Shown here: positions 1 to 12,789 of the stretch, piece by piece
How positions within the stretch are numbered: position 1 is the first letter of the stretch
Layout of the letters: every line of letters starts with the position of its first letter
Source of the DNA: Lama guanicoe
Lineage: Eukaryota
Length of the DNA stretch: 64,000 nucleotides
Assembly: GCA_013239625.1 (NCBI GenBank)
Contig: MU057350.1
Location: forward strand, 27,589,611 to 27,653,610
Direction: 5' to 3'
Notes under the pieces: generated by a model
Database searches by the model: none
Seen by the model: only the letters and a program-made list of their open reading frames with translations
Told to the model about the DNA's origin: nothing
Made by a program: the position numbers and the translations under genes

Positions 1-469
1 GGTGACCCTAAGACTAACATACCGGGGAGGCTGAGGCCTCAGCCACTCATCTGAGGACTGCCTTTCTCTCACCTGTGGACACACGGTCTTGATGAAATGT
101 TACGAGGACAGCATGGTGGAGAAGACCTGCAGTATCAATAGTCCCAGGAGCTAATTCACATAGATTATAATCAAGAGGAACAATAATAGGTACGCTACAG
201 CCATTTTGTCTCGTATGACATCATAAGAATTTTGTGCTTTCTTTTTTGTAACATTTGTGTATGAGAATAGAAGTCTATCTTTCATTGCCTTAAATGTGAA
301 AGGAGAAATTTTCATTGGACATCCACCCTTTCAAACATCCTTTGAAAAAGGGAAGGAGGCAGTTCATGTCAGGTGAAACAAACAAGGACCAGTCATATCC
401 ATGGAGCTCAAGATCTTCACAAGTTGGCGATCATGGAGGAAAGGACTCTGTAGTTTTGCTCAGACCATT

Positions 470-918
470 TATCTGAGTTCCCTAGGGCGACCACAACAGA
501 ATACGGTAAACTAGGTGCCTTAAAACGACATAAATGTGTTGTCTGACAGATCCAGAGGATAGAAGCCCAAATCAAGGTGCTAGTAAGGCTGATTCTTCCC
601 AAGGACTCTGAGTGACACTGTTTCACACCTCTTCTCTGGCTTCTGATGAGGGCTGGCAATCCTTGGCATGCCTTGGCTTGTAGATGCATCATATTCATTT
701 CTGCCCCTGTCTGTACATGGTTTTCTTCCCATGTTTCTCACTCTCCTTCTCCTCTATATACACTAGTCATATTGGATTAGGGCCCACCCTACTTGAGTAT
801 GACCTCATTTTAATTAATTACAACTGCTATAGCCCAATTTCCAAATAGTGTCACATTCTGAGGTTCTGGAGGTTAAGACTTCAACATATCTTTTGCGGGG
901 ACACAATTCAATATATCA
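470..918 (-). mobile_element. MaLR solo LTR, MLT1B/C-like
   Basis: Contains CAATCCTTGGCATGCCTTGGCTTGTAGATGCATCA, AGTCATATTGGATTAGGGCCCACCCTA and TTCAACATATCTTTTGCGGGGACACAATTCAA, matching the reverse complement of MLT1B/C as I recall it. Confidence 0.8.
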
Positions 919-1974
919 TGTAAGCAATTCTGAAAGAGGATCCCACCAGAAAATGACTGGGAAACTAGTGCAGATAAAAATCTCATCTTTACTTTCTAAA
1001 CTCTAAAACAGAAGACAAATGAAATTTGTTTTTTCAAAACAAAAACTTTTATCTGACATATGACTTAAAGAATTGAAACTTTTACTCACTGCATTTTGTA
1101 AGGGAGTACTAATTTAAAGCCTGACAAGAAAGGAGTCTCAGCTGATCTTTGCTGAAAAAAATCGCTGAAATAAATAATCCATTCCATGGAAATGTCTTGT
1201 GTCACTCATCTTCCATAGTGGATCAGGGTACTGCTCTACAGAAGTGTATCAATAAATGTGTGTTAAATATTCTAACCAGAAATGCTTTCCCTTCATTAGA
1301 TACTATGTAACTGCCAAAGGTGGTTTCTGCAGCTACATGTAGAATTCCTGGGAACTCAGAGAGAGCCAACTCTAAGCAATATATAGTACTTGCCTTTGTA
1401 TTTAATCAGCCAGATTATTGTGTCTGATTGAGTCTAGCTGAGAGATTAACAAAACATGAGTTGTAAGTCAAGCCACAGAAGTATTAGAAAGTGTATCCTT
1501 CTCATAAAGCAAGTTTGTCTCAACAAAACAAGCCTAGGAGTGGATTGCCACGTCTGTGCCTAATACTGAATCACCGGGATGCCCTGACGGGCTAGTTCAC
1601 CTTGCAGTGTCTGGTGCCTAAAGAACCTTGGCAAGCGACTGAGGGCTGACACCTCCTGGAGAGCTTTTCCCTACTGGCAGGGGGATTTCTGCTTTGCCAA
1701 ACGCAGTACCAAATGCCCAGCCTCCCTAATTGCAGCCTTGATTCCCTGTAAGTCACAGTCGATGACTCCCCTGACGGTCATCAAGACACTGATTCCCTTC
1801 CTCAGAAACCGCAGGTCAAAGGGAGGCCCATCAGCAGCTCTGGTTGCATTCAGGCTCCGAGAACAGCAGCGCTTTCCTGATCAGAAACGTGAGGCGGCCT
1901 GATTTACATGCTCAGAGATGTAGCCAAATGTGCTGGAAAGAGAAGAGGTACAGCGAACAAGGCCCCCTGCTAAC

Positions 1975-2450
1975 ATCTCCATCCTGACCTCTTGTCACTT
2001 CGTGCCGCTCAGTCTACGCTCCAGCAAGATTTAATTTCATCCAGGTCGCCAAAGATGGTGTGTTCGCTCATTCTGTTTCTCGTTTGCATTCCTTCTCACC
2101 TCTGGGTCCTTGCATGCACCCTCTGCTTCTCCTAATGCCTGTAGGAAGCTTGCTGTGCTTAGAAAATATCAACACACCCTTCAGAACTTGGGTGACTGTA
2201 GTTTCCCTTGAAAGTGGTCCCTACTCCCCAGATCAGCGGTGCTCCCAGTGGCCTCCGGCATGTGGATCGCTCAGAGCCCTCACCACACTGTACACTGTAG
2301 TTGCTCGTATATTTTACTGTATCCTCCACTGGAACTGAGATCCGTCAAAGCAAGAACCATATCCTATTTAACTTTTTAGCCTCAGCAACTAGGACAGTGA
2401 CTGTCATAAAATAAATAGTCAATGAACTTTCATTGAATGAATCACAGAAT
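1975..2450 (+). mobile_element. L2 LINE 3' fragment
   Basis: Degenerate L2 3' end (…CCACTGGAACTGAGATCC…GGACAGTGACTGTCATAAAATAAATAGTCAATGAACTTTCATTGAATGAAT). Confidence 0.6.
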
Positions 2451-3817
2451 GGATACTAGTTTGGGAACCAGAAAACCAGGGGCGTAGTTCTAGCTTTGCC
2501 ACTAACAAGCTTTGATTTTTCAGGAATTTCACCATTGTCACATTTGTGGCCTTGGTACCTTCAGCCATGGTGGAAAAATCCTTGCTTTGCACACATGCAC
2601 TTTCATGAACTTCCACTTCTTTTTTTGTTCTTTTTCATTGTAAGTTTGGGAGGACTCCACCTGCTTGGTGGTTGATAGGAAAGGCTACCATAATGTGTTG
2701 GAAGGACTTTGTAAGGTGCAAAATTGTATAGAAATTCAAGTTATTATTGGTCTTTGGTACAAAGTAGAGGAGAGACTGGCTGAGCTTCTGCAAATATACC
2801 TTCATTTTGGAAAGTGTATCAGTGTAACGTGGCATGTCCACTAAATATCTCCCTTTCCTTTGCTTTCTACCAAGTAGGTGTGGCCTCATGTAGAAGGACA
2901 CACTCTGGGACTGACTGTTTTAGTCTGGGGACCAATAAGTTTCTTGGTCACTTGCAGAATGTTTGATACAATCAATATCCAGTTAGTTTCTATACTCGGG
3001 ACTTTTCCTGACTGGAATTTGAATAAGGCTTACTTACTTACAGCTCAATTTCAAGGGGAAAAAAATATTACGTGACTACACTAAACCATTAAACTGAACA
3101 TTATAATACACACACGTCGGTATCACTTTTCATCACCAGGAGTTCTCTCACAAGAATAAGGTCAATTCATCTCTACGGAGATGAATCTGTTTTAGTCTCA
3201 CTTTATTTGAGTTTCGAGGTCTCACAAATTCCTTCTTCAAGTGTCCAGTTTAAAAACACTTTTTTCTTTTTGTTTTTAATAAATACTTTTCTTCTGGATG
3301 TATACTGTCCCAGAAAATGGTTTTTACACAACAAATAAAGCATCGTGTATCTTTGGTGCATACAAGTTCCTTCCCATAAAAATATCTTTCACTGTAATCA
3401 GGATGAAAGTCATTCGCTTACATCAAAACTAGCTCTTTGCTGTTTGGTACAAACAGCTCAAGTAAACACCAAAAATTCATTGGTGTCTACTAAGGTAGTA
3501 TCTAGAAATTTAAAACTGGGCATTGGTGAAAAATCAGGGGGGAATACTGACAGATTGCTTTGATCAGTCTTTAAAATTCTGTTCCTTCTGGAAATATCCC
3601 TTGGCCAATCCATGGGCTTAAAGAAAGGCTCTACAAACATGCATTTAACTATCACTTTCTGCAGGTCATGATAAATAGGGAATGCTGCACAGTGCCTCAG
3701 GAAGAGAACAATCCCAAAACATATGTACATAGAGACGATGGCCGCTTATACACCTTTGCTCAGAGAACTGAGCAGGTAACACAGGGAAGAAATCATTCAT
3801 GAGCCGTGACAACCAGT

Positions 3818-3960
3818 ACACACACACACACACACACACACACGCATAAACACATGCACACATGTAGACACTGACACATACACACAGCGGCACACACTCA
3901 CACACACACACAGACACACACACACACCTACATATACATACATCACATACACACATACAC
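3818..3960. repeat. Compound (CA)n microsatellite
   Basis: Pure CA run followed by ~115 bp of interrupted CA/TA units. Confidence 0.95.
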
Positions 3961-6039
3961 TTGATGTTAAAAAAAATTAAGAAAATTTCTTCAAAGGCAT
4001 TTTATTATTGCCTGACTGTTGCTGCCAACAAAAACTTCCCATGTGATTTTTTTCCTCACCAACACAGATAATGTGCTTTAAATAAAGGAGCAGTCAGATA
4101 AGTTGGAAGATGGGAAAAGCCACCCAGGGCAGTGGAAAGAGGCCGGCACTAAGACTGAGCAGAGCAGGGTCCTAATCCTGGCTCTCAAGTCGTGGCTCAT
4201 GTATCAGACGCTGGATGTAAATTAAATCAGGGTCAAAACTGAGAAGCCTTTTGGATACACTGCCTTCTAATGGTAGTCAAATGCTCGGACCACTCAATTT
4301 TTTGAGATGGAATGTGAAATTAGCTAAATTTGGTTGAAATATGAGTAGTTTGTTTAATCATTGTCTTTTGCCAGGATCCCTGTCTGTATTCTGTAAATAT
4401 TTGAATTTGTGACTCCTGATTTAAATTATCTGAGTCTAAATTTCTTCATTGTAAGTTGCTGTGGGTGGGGGCTTAGATAATTCCTAAGTGACCTTTTAGC
4501 CCTAGAAATTTTTAGAGACACATACAAAGCATGACCATTCTGACATGTTCTGGGAAAAGAAAAATGCTACAATTGTAATACAATATCCCAGTCTCTAAGA
4601 CAACCAGAAAATATAAAGGGTATAAAAGTAAACTTTCACATCCCATTTCCAGTTCACCAATTTTGTGATATGTCCATTTTGTGAAGTGGGAAGGAAGTCG
4701 CTGAAAGAAAATAATTGAAATGAAAACGATAAGTCAATAAACAACCCCACTGCAAATGCAAAACCAAACCATCAAATAAAAGTTGTGCCATTACTCTAAA
4801 TAAATAAATACTGATGTCAAAGGGAACACTGACATCAACTCCAAAATGGAAGAATATATAAAAACCCAAACACAGATCTACCTGGGGGTGGACATGAGCA
4901 CTGTGTTGGGAGCCAACATTAGGGAAATCATTTCCTTCTCCACATCTCGTCTCTCTTTATAAAGTGAGGAGTTTGGTTAAATGATCTTAAATCCAGGCTC
5001 TAACAATCTATAAGAGACTACAGCCGGCATCAATTTCCTTCACCCTGTGTATTATTAATCTTCGTGGAATTCATCTAAATGCAATCCATGCTTGATTTTC
5101 ATTCATAAGGCACTCCACGGTCTATGTAGAGTCTAATTGGAAAATTAGTATTGTTTCAAAAGCACCAGCTAAGTCTCAAAACGAGATGCCCTCAGTATGA
5201 CATGCATGTCGAATTTCTTCCCCGGCTGCAGAAAGTAAGCAAGAGAGGCAGTCTCAACCGCTCCTGACGGCTTTTATCACAGGCTATTCAACAAATGTTT
5301 TCTGTCCACTTGTCTGAGAAAGCTGATTAGACAAAACAGCTGGTGGAGGCACAAAGAAGAACATTCATTACTTAGCAAGGGAATAGAAAAGACATTTAAC
5401 ATGAATGAATAGTGGATGCAAAAATGACTCTTGGAAGAACTGCATACACATTTTTTATTGTGAAATTGTCAGGAGTGTGGTACACCTCAACACCAGAGGC
5501 TGAATTTCCATTACACTGCAAGGATAGGTAGGATTTTTTTTGGTTTTAAATTAAAGGGACATAATAAGACTCCTATTGAATATGAAATTCTTTTCTGTGT
5601 AATCCTTAGGTCACTGCTCTAGAGATGATTTCTCAGAAAATCCAAGTGACTTGGAATGTCTAGAGGATTTACTAGCCTCAATTCAGGAAAGGTATCTTGA
5701 AGCCCTGGGTCCTTTATGACTTCTCATGATCAAGTTGCTCCTTTCAAATGGAGTGAAGGGATGTTAATAAATGATACAGAAAGGCAATTCAGCTGTCTGC
5801 CTCCTTCTCTCTAACAGACAAGGGAAGAGAGATCTGTGCTCCCCACAAAATCTCGAACCCCCACGCTTTCATCTAGAGCATTATTTATGACAGTCAAACA
5901 CACACACTCCAAATGTTCTCCATCAGAAAATAATAAAAGTAAAAACTAACTTTGCTTTGTTTTCTAAGGGTAGACTTCAATTATTTTCTATATGTAAATG
6001 ACCATAACAATTTCATTCAGAAGAAGAAATTATAGGAGA

Positions 6040-6185
6040 AAGTGCAGTAGCTTGGACTAGGAGGGAGCAGTTATCTCGCTCGCTGACTGTCAAGCCATGT
6101 TAACTTGAGACCATCTTCCCTCAGAGCCTCAGTTTCTTAATCCATAAATGATGTGATCGCATCTTTGGAATGGATTAAGGTATAA
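6040..6185 (+). mobile_element. MIR SINE fragment
   Basis: MIR core CTCAGAGCCTCAGTTTCTTAATCCATAAATG. Confidence 0.6.
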
Positions 6186-6899
6186 AGAAATACACCAATC
6201 AAAAGGTTGAGGTTGACCCAGATAATCTCTGCACTCCCCTCTTACCCACTTTTCTTCTCTCCGTACTCTTATCCTATCCAGAAAAAAAAATAATAATAAC
6301 AATTGCAGATCTCTGTATGAAAGCATCCCATACACATCATGTCATTTGCTCCTCATGGTGAAATGAGGGAATTAAATTAAAGCAATATCTATGGCAGACC
6401 CACCGTGAATGGTTCTGCTGTTTTTATTTTAATTATCATCTTTTATCTTCAAAACAAATTATATAGACCGTGAACAGTATCTTCCCCTTTCTCCATGGAG
6501 GTTGATGAGGTGATAATGAAATGATTTGCTGTAGCTCACACAGACTATTAGAATCACTGGCCGTGTGATGTTGGACACGCCTGGGTCTCATGCTCTCCCC
6601 CAGATCCACAGGGTGAAGCCATTCCCACCAGTATAATGTGCAGGGAAAAGAATACAGACATGGTTCTTCAGGCAGAAGAAATGGGCCAATTTACCTGAAG
6701 AAGACGCATGGTCAGACACAATATTCTTCTCACTCTAGAGACTATGAATACAGTCTTCTCTCCCCTCGCCCATCCTCTGTCCTACTGCCAAGTAAATTTT
6801 CTGAAGAATCGTTCACTTAAACAATTTTTTGGTGACTCGGTTAGAGTATAAAATTGAAATGTCTGAACCTGTGGCTCCTTCTGACAGCCCGTTGGCCTT

Positions 6900-7345
6900 T
6901 CCTGCCTCAGAGCCTCTCCTTCCCCCACTCCCCTCACCCCGACCCAGCATCACCAAAGTCCTGCGTGCTGCTTCCCGCCTCCAACCTCTGTCTTCTAGAA
7001 TTCTTCCCCTCCTTCTCTGCGGAGTAAAGATAACTCTTCCTTTATGCCTCTGTCCCTGTATCATTTTCTTGGCATCTTCTTCCCTGGAGTGTTGCGCTCA
7101 CCCGCCCCGCTTCCCACTCCTGTGCTGTCTTTCCAAACACAATGGGTCTGATGAGTATGTGCAGTGCCCTCACCTCTCCCCCCGTACTCCAGTACCCTGT
7201 GAGCTTCTTAAATGAACATCTCCCCTCATTTCCTTCTGGAAGGCTTGGAGCTTAACCCAGAGTCTTTAGTGAGGTGAGTGCTCAATACATATTTGCAGGG
7301 TTTATGGTTAACTGAATGGATGAACGAATGAATGAATGAATGAAT
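6900..7345 (+). mobile_element. L2 fragment with (GAAT)n tail
   Basis: Pyrimidine-rich L2 body, GTGAGTGCTCAATACATATTTG and a GAATGAATGAATGAATG tail. Confidence 0.55.
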
Positions 7346-8042
7346 GTGTGTATTTGATCTGAATTGATTCCAAACTTGGGCTAATCCTCCCCCTTCGGAG
7401 TTTTTGTTTGAAAGGAAATACTTTATGAGACCAAGTCAAGAAGGATATTAATATCAAATATTTTAGCAACAGTCAAAGGCCTCATGAACTTGGGGGCATT
7501 TTCCAACCATATGCTTTTCATCTCCAGCTGATACAGCATGGAAGTAATTGAATGGCCACTCTTTTCTAGGATGTCAACATACATTTATCGAGGTTTCCAG
7601 GCCATTAGTTTCTCCTTTGAAATTTTAAAAGATGTGACTCTTGGCAATACTGTATAAATATTAGACTATTTTCCTCATTTTTGCTTAAGAACTATCATTT
7701 GATTCGTCTGCCAAGATAACTTCATTATGTTCTTGAGGCAACTCAATACACCAGCTATTTGTGTCTCCAGTTTTCAAAGTCACCAAGCAAAAACTCCAAA
7801 TCTTGAAAGAAGCCCGCACAAAGTTTTAGGAGGCAGGGCACAGGGAAGAGTATTAACTATTGAACCGTTGTGGGTCTCAGAAGCCTGTTAAAAACAAGAT
7901 GCAATATTCCCATCTACTGCGTTACTTGCTCCCCCTCTTGTCTTTTCTTCTTCTTCCCATCAATGAGATTTGGACTAATCTTTGTTTTACACCAGCTGCA
8001 TTTTTTGAACACCAATTACAGTTCTTTAATCACATGGTACCT

Positions 8043-8632
8043 TGTAGTATGATAGTGGTATACCTGGGTCATCTTTGACCATAATGTACAGTCCCAGCCA
8101 AGCCCCACTTTAGTTGCAAGGCATAGAATCTTAAGGCTGGGTTGGCAAGAGAGAGAGTCCTGGAATCTGGTGGATGAGGACTAAGAGAAGGGCAGCAGCT
8201 CATATCACAATGTTGCAAGGAAGAATTAACACTTTGCCAGATCACAACTGTATTTCTTAGAAGGCTGAGTTGCTGAGTCCATGTGACTACAGGGGTGTCT
8301 GCACAGAGAGAGCTTCACAGGTGGCTGTATCATTGCCATTCCTGAGAGAGCCATCTGAGTTGAAGCAGGCTTCCTTCCACTCATTAGCTAGGAGTTTAAG
8401 GAAGTGGCTCCAGTCACTAGGGTTTGGGGAGTGAACTGGCTAGAGATATCAGGCCAACAAAAGGTCCCCAGTAAAAGAACTTGAACACTGAGAAGTCCAT
8501 AATAAAGACAGAAACTGAAACCTATTAAGGAAACCCACACTAACTCAGCCAAAGTACAGATATACTCTCAAGAAGATTCATGTAGAATTTCCCCAGGTAG
8601 CCACAGGGAGGTGATGCTAAAAAGTGTTTACA
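8043..8632 (+). mobile_element. Possible ancient unclassified solo LTR
   Basis: TGTAG…TTACA termini 590 bp apart with AATAAA at ~8501; no clear target-site duplication (TSD). Confidence 0.3.
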
Positions 8633-8639
8633 ACTGGTC

Positions 8640-9410
8640 CCATGGACCTGACTTTGAAGCTGGACCTGACTTTCATTTACCAGATGTATGACTTTGGAAA
8701 AATTACTTAACCTCTTTTATCTCGGGTTTGTGTCAACTGGGATGCTGTCAGCAACAAGTAACAAATCAAACCAAAAAATCTGACCCAATTCATCATTTAA
8801 AGAGAGTAAATGCATTGGCCCATCAAATCTGAGCTCCTCCCTCGTTGTGTCATGGTGACAAAATGTCTGTAGCAGTCTCTGACTTTATATGTGTTCACCA
8901 TTAAATTGAGAGGAAATGAGAGATTTGCTTCCAGGATCTCTCTCTTCGGTGTTCAAGGGTTTATTTTCCTAGGAGCCTCCAGCAGGCCTTCAGCCTGAAT
9001 TGGGTCACGTGCCGATTCCCAAACCAGTTCCTATGGCCAGGCAGTGCCACGGACTTAACAACTTGGGCCTGAGTTCCTGAACAGATCGTTGGCAAGGGAT
9101 GGAGTAATCATTAAACCAATGGGGACCTCTTCTAGAGCTGGAAATGGTATCAGTTTTCAAAGAGGTGTTTCCTCTGTGTTGGAAAAGGGTGAACCTCTGA
9201 ACCAAATCAAAGTACTGACAGACAGGGGGAAATAAGAAATAGAATTCATCGGCCACTACAATAGCATTGCTAGTTCCCTCATCTATAAGACGGGGACAAT
9301 GACATTAATGCCCACCTTGGAAATCGTTGGGAGGATTTAATGACTTAACTCATAGCATGTACACAGCTCAGAGTATGTGGTGGTCGCTGTTTCTGTTATT
9401 ATTAATATTA
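8640..9410 (+). mobile_element. MIR split by an MaLR LTR insertion
   Basis: 5' half …TGACTTTGGAAAAATTACTTAACCTCTTTTATCTCGGGTT; 3' half resumes at ~9275 with CCCTCATCTATAAGACGGGGACAAT. Confidence 0.65.
8728..9270 (-). mobile_element. MaLR solo LTR, MLT1K/L-like
   Basis: TGTGTCAACTGGGATGCTGTCAGCAACAAGTAAC start and GAATTGGGTCACGTGCCGATTCCCAAACCAG motif; interrupts a MIR. Confidence 0.6.
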
Positions 9411-11641
9411 TTGCTTCCCTCACTATCTTTCCTGCTAAACCCACTAGCTTCACTTGCTGTTCCTCCCCCTGCTTTGTTCCTGGCACTTGAGGGTCAGTTC
9501 AGTCCCTTTTCACCGGCTCGTCTCTTTGGTTCGTTCTTGACACTAGGTTTGCACACTTGCAACTACTCAAGAAACAAGTGCACCAGCATCACCCTTTAAA
9601 GACAGAAGCTCTAAGCTCATCAAAGTCAACAAATACATATTGATGTTTCACAACGCTAAGAAAAGTGAGAAACACACAATCGGACAAGACTCAGCCACTG
9701 ATTTTGTAAAGTTCACAGTACTGGAGTTCAGCAGAGTGTGGCTAGTACGTGGTTGGTGTCCAGCAAACTTTGTGGAGTTAAACTGATACCTAACATGGGT
9801 AACGTGTGCACAAATAGCCAATATAAATCAAGTTATGGTAAATACTACAGTGGAGACATGAATAAGGCATTTTAGAAGTTGCTAACAGTTGAGGTACAAA
9901 TATTAATTCAAATTGGGATGTCATTTGGAAAGATTTCTTGGACCAGCTGAGATTTGAGCCAGAGGGTAAAGAATTGTAGCACAAGTTGAGGCCAATTGGT
10001 GCTCAATTTCCAACCACCAAATGTATTCTTGTATTCCATCTGTCCTTTCTACACATGAAATAAATTTAAACAGTTAAACTTTATCAATTGCTTGTCTTGG
10101 AAGGTTTTCTGATTTTAGTTGGATAAAAATTGATGTTCAGGGAAGTTTTCACTAAATATCACATATTCTGCCTATTGAGTAATAAGTTCTAAAACAGAAT
10201 ACCAGATGAAAGGCATCTGAGGACCAGGATTCGAAATTGCGTTCCAGTGCATGTATGTATAATTTCTTGATGAGGAAAGGCAATGTTTGACATAGTTTCC
10301 TGCGGTCTTCAGAATTTGCTTTTTCAGCCCACACAATCTTGCTGTTTATTATTTCATGTTTAGTTTGCCTTCGATGATGAAAAAGATTTAAAGAAAACAA
10401 GGTGAAAACTTGGGGGGTTATAGAAACCCGGCTTCATTTTCAAGCCAGAAATAACTTGTAGCACAAGTTAGAAACTCATAATAACAGTTAATAAGGAGAA
10501 AATAAGCATAGGCTTGTGGTTTTAACTAAGTGACCATTGCTGTGAAAACAACATTGCCACCAACTGGTATAATTTTTTATCGTTCATTATCCTGCCTAGC
10601 AGAAGGCATACTGTGCAAATACAGACAGCAGAGGAAGAGGTCCAATTGGCAACTGTATCTCAACATATTATGTGTGGCAGAGAAAAACTAAAATGGATTG
10701 CAGTTCTCCAGACACTCCATCTCTGTAGTGTATTTTAACAACAAAAGACAAAGCCTCTAGTTCCAAGCATACCAAGTATGTTTTCATAATTTTTGTCTCA
10801 GTGTGCAGTTCTCGTTTTTTTAATAAAGCAAGTGGTAAAAAAGAAGACCTCAGCATAGACGATCTCCATAATGTTTTGACAACATTTTTCATAAGTATTA
10901 TTCCTATCATATGAGATGTTTAAAATATTATTCTCATTCTGTCACAAAAGTCAAATAATTTTTAAAGCAGGGAATAAGAAATATGGTTAAATTCAGGGAA
11001 ATTTTCCACGATGACATAGTAATTTTATTGAGATATCAAATCTGATATTTTCCCTTTGAAATCCAAAACCAAAGCTGGGTTTACGAGTGATAAAGACGAC
11101 ACTGTCAATGTTGACTATTAACAGTGATGTTCACAACACCAGTCTCTATGTTTTCTCTGCATAAAATAAGGTAAATGTGAATGTGTAATTAGGAAAAAAA
11201 AACTAGGAAGTTAAGTATCTGTGAGGTCCCCTTTGTAAGAGGCTCTAGGTGGAGAATATAAAGCTGCAATGTTTTTGAGCTTTTTAATAGTTTCCATGGT
11301 AATCACTCCTCAAAATATGTAGAGGGACACTGAGGTTTACTGGAAAAGAAGGCATAAAACGTTGCCATGAATAGTGTCCTGAGCCTTCTGTTCCCTGACA
11401 TGTCTGACGTGTGTGCACACTCTCCTCGTCCTCTTCCCCTTTCATCTGTGACACACACATTCACAAACAGCACACGTGTGCACAGACTCACCAGTCTAGA
11501 CTTGATTTCACAATAGCCTGAAGATCACAGGGAAGACACAATGATAACCATTAACAAACAAAGTTGCTTGTGAGAACTTGAGTTTAGAATACTAAATAAA
11601 TTACTGCATATACCCCTTTCAGAGTTCTTAATACAAAAAGA

Positions 11642-11777
11642 AGTGGGGAGCCATCAGTCAAGATGGCCGGTAAAAAGACAGCTGCAGCTGGGGCTGGGCC
11701 ATGTGAACCCTTGTGAGAGGCTTCTGCCATCATGTCCTCCTTCCAGGTGTGACAGAGCCAATCAGTCCCTGCGTGGG
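11642..11777. mobile_element. Unassigned LTR-like fragment
   Basis: GTGGGGAGCC…CAAGATGGC (YY1-like)…AGCCAATC; shares AGCTGGGGCTG and AGCCAAT with the reverse complement of the 3' end of the 12869-13465 LTR. Confidence 0.3.
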
Positions 11778-12061
11778 CTTTTCAGTCCTTGTACAGGCTT
11801 CTCCAGTTGTTTTCATGGCAATTGTCAACTATTATGGAGCTGGTGGGTGTGTTATTTAGCATGCTAATGCATTACAATGAGTGTATAATGAGGCTCAAGT
11901 CCACTGGAAGTCAAATCCTCCACTATCTTGGACTTAGTTGATTCTAACTGGTTCTTGTTTCTTCTCTTTGCAGCTGCCTCCGGAGACTTAGATAAGAATA
12001 ATTGGTTTCTATTCCAGGGATGGGCCAGGATATGAGCCTGAGGGCAACAGCTTTGGTAACA
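11778..12061 (-). mobile_element. MER41-like ERV1 LTR, 5' (U3) portion
   Basis: Reverse complement begins TGTTACC and aligns by eye (~80-85% identity) to 12869-13149; has the MER41-type CATGCTAAA…CCCACCAGC…TGCCATG motif. Confidence 0.85.
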
Positions 12062-12453
12062 GAAAGGAAAGTTGCTTTTAATCAGAATGCCTGCAATCTG
12101 GTGGACCCACTGTCCTCCCAGAAAAACTGTCCAAGATTCTGCTCAGCCATAAATAAGAGGCAGGGACTGTGGGGTTGGGGCTTAGTTTCTGCAGAGGAAC
12201 TTAAAGATATTGTTATGTATATTCTTTAAGGACGAACCAGGACTCTGCCCCAGAGTTGCACTGTTGTTTCTTGACTGTTCCTCCTTTGTTTCTGCATCCC
12301 TTCCCTTCTCAGGTTAACAGGTATTTGAATCTGCCCTTTGGAACTCAGGGAAGGTCAAGGAAGCTGAAAGAAGCCTATTTCCTACAAACAAGAAATTGGA
12401 GACATGGAAAGATTTGTTCCAGGGAGGACCTCATAGGGTCCTGCTTGGTATCA
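12062..12453 (-). mobile_element. ERV1 LTR of a second family (ungulate-type)
   Basis: Minus strand begins TGATACCAAGCAGGACCCTATG…CTTGTTTGTAGGAAATAGGCTTC…GACCTTCCCTGAGTTCCAAAGGGCAG, with an ATTAAA poly(A) signal near 12076-12081. Confidence 0.75.
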
Positions 12454-12789
12454 AGCACATCAAATATTTTCTGTTAATTAAACCTCTTCTTACAACTTTG
12501 TGCTTCAAGAAATTTCTAAGGATGCAAGAGAAGAGGGAGTAAGTTCCATAAAACAGAAAACTCTGGTTATTCTGTCTCTATAATTGCTAATAAGTCCCTC
12601 TCTTTTCCATCAGGGAAAAAGGCAGGGACAACAGCTGAAGTGGGAAATGGAACTTTTTGCTCTGCTCCCCAAACAAAAATTATTCCTTCAGCACCATGAC
12701 TTTGCTGACTAGAGTGGGTTCTCCCAGCGGATAAATGATCTCTTCTTATCTGAATTAAGAAAAATGATTGTAAGGTTGGTGCTGTAGCT

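Noticed and set aside
9974-10470. 14-bp direct repeat TTGTAGCACAAGTT (9974 and 10456) as a TSD, plus the hairpin TAACTTGT-AGC-ACAAGTTA
   Set aside because: There is no poly(A) tail or element signature between the copies, and one such match is plausible by chance in 64 kb of AT-rich DNA.
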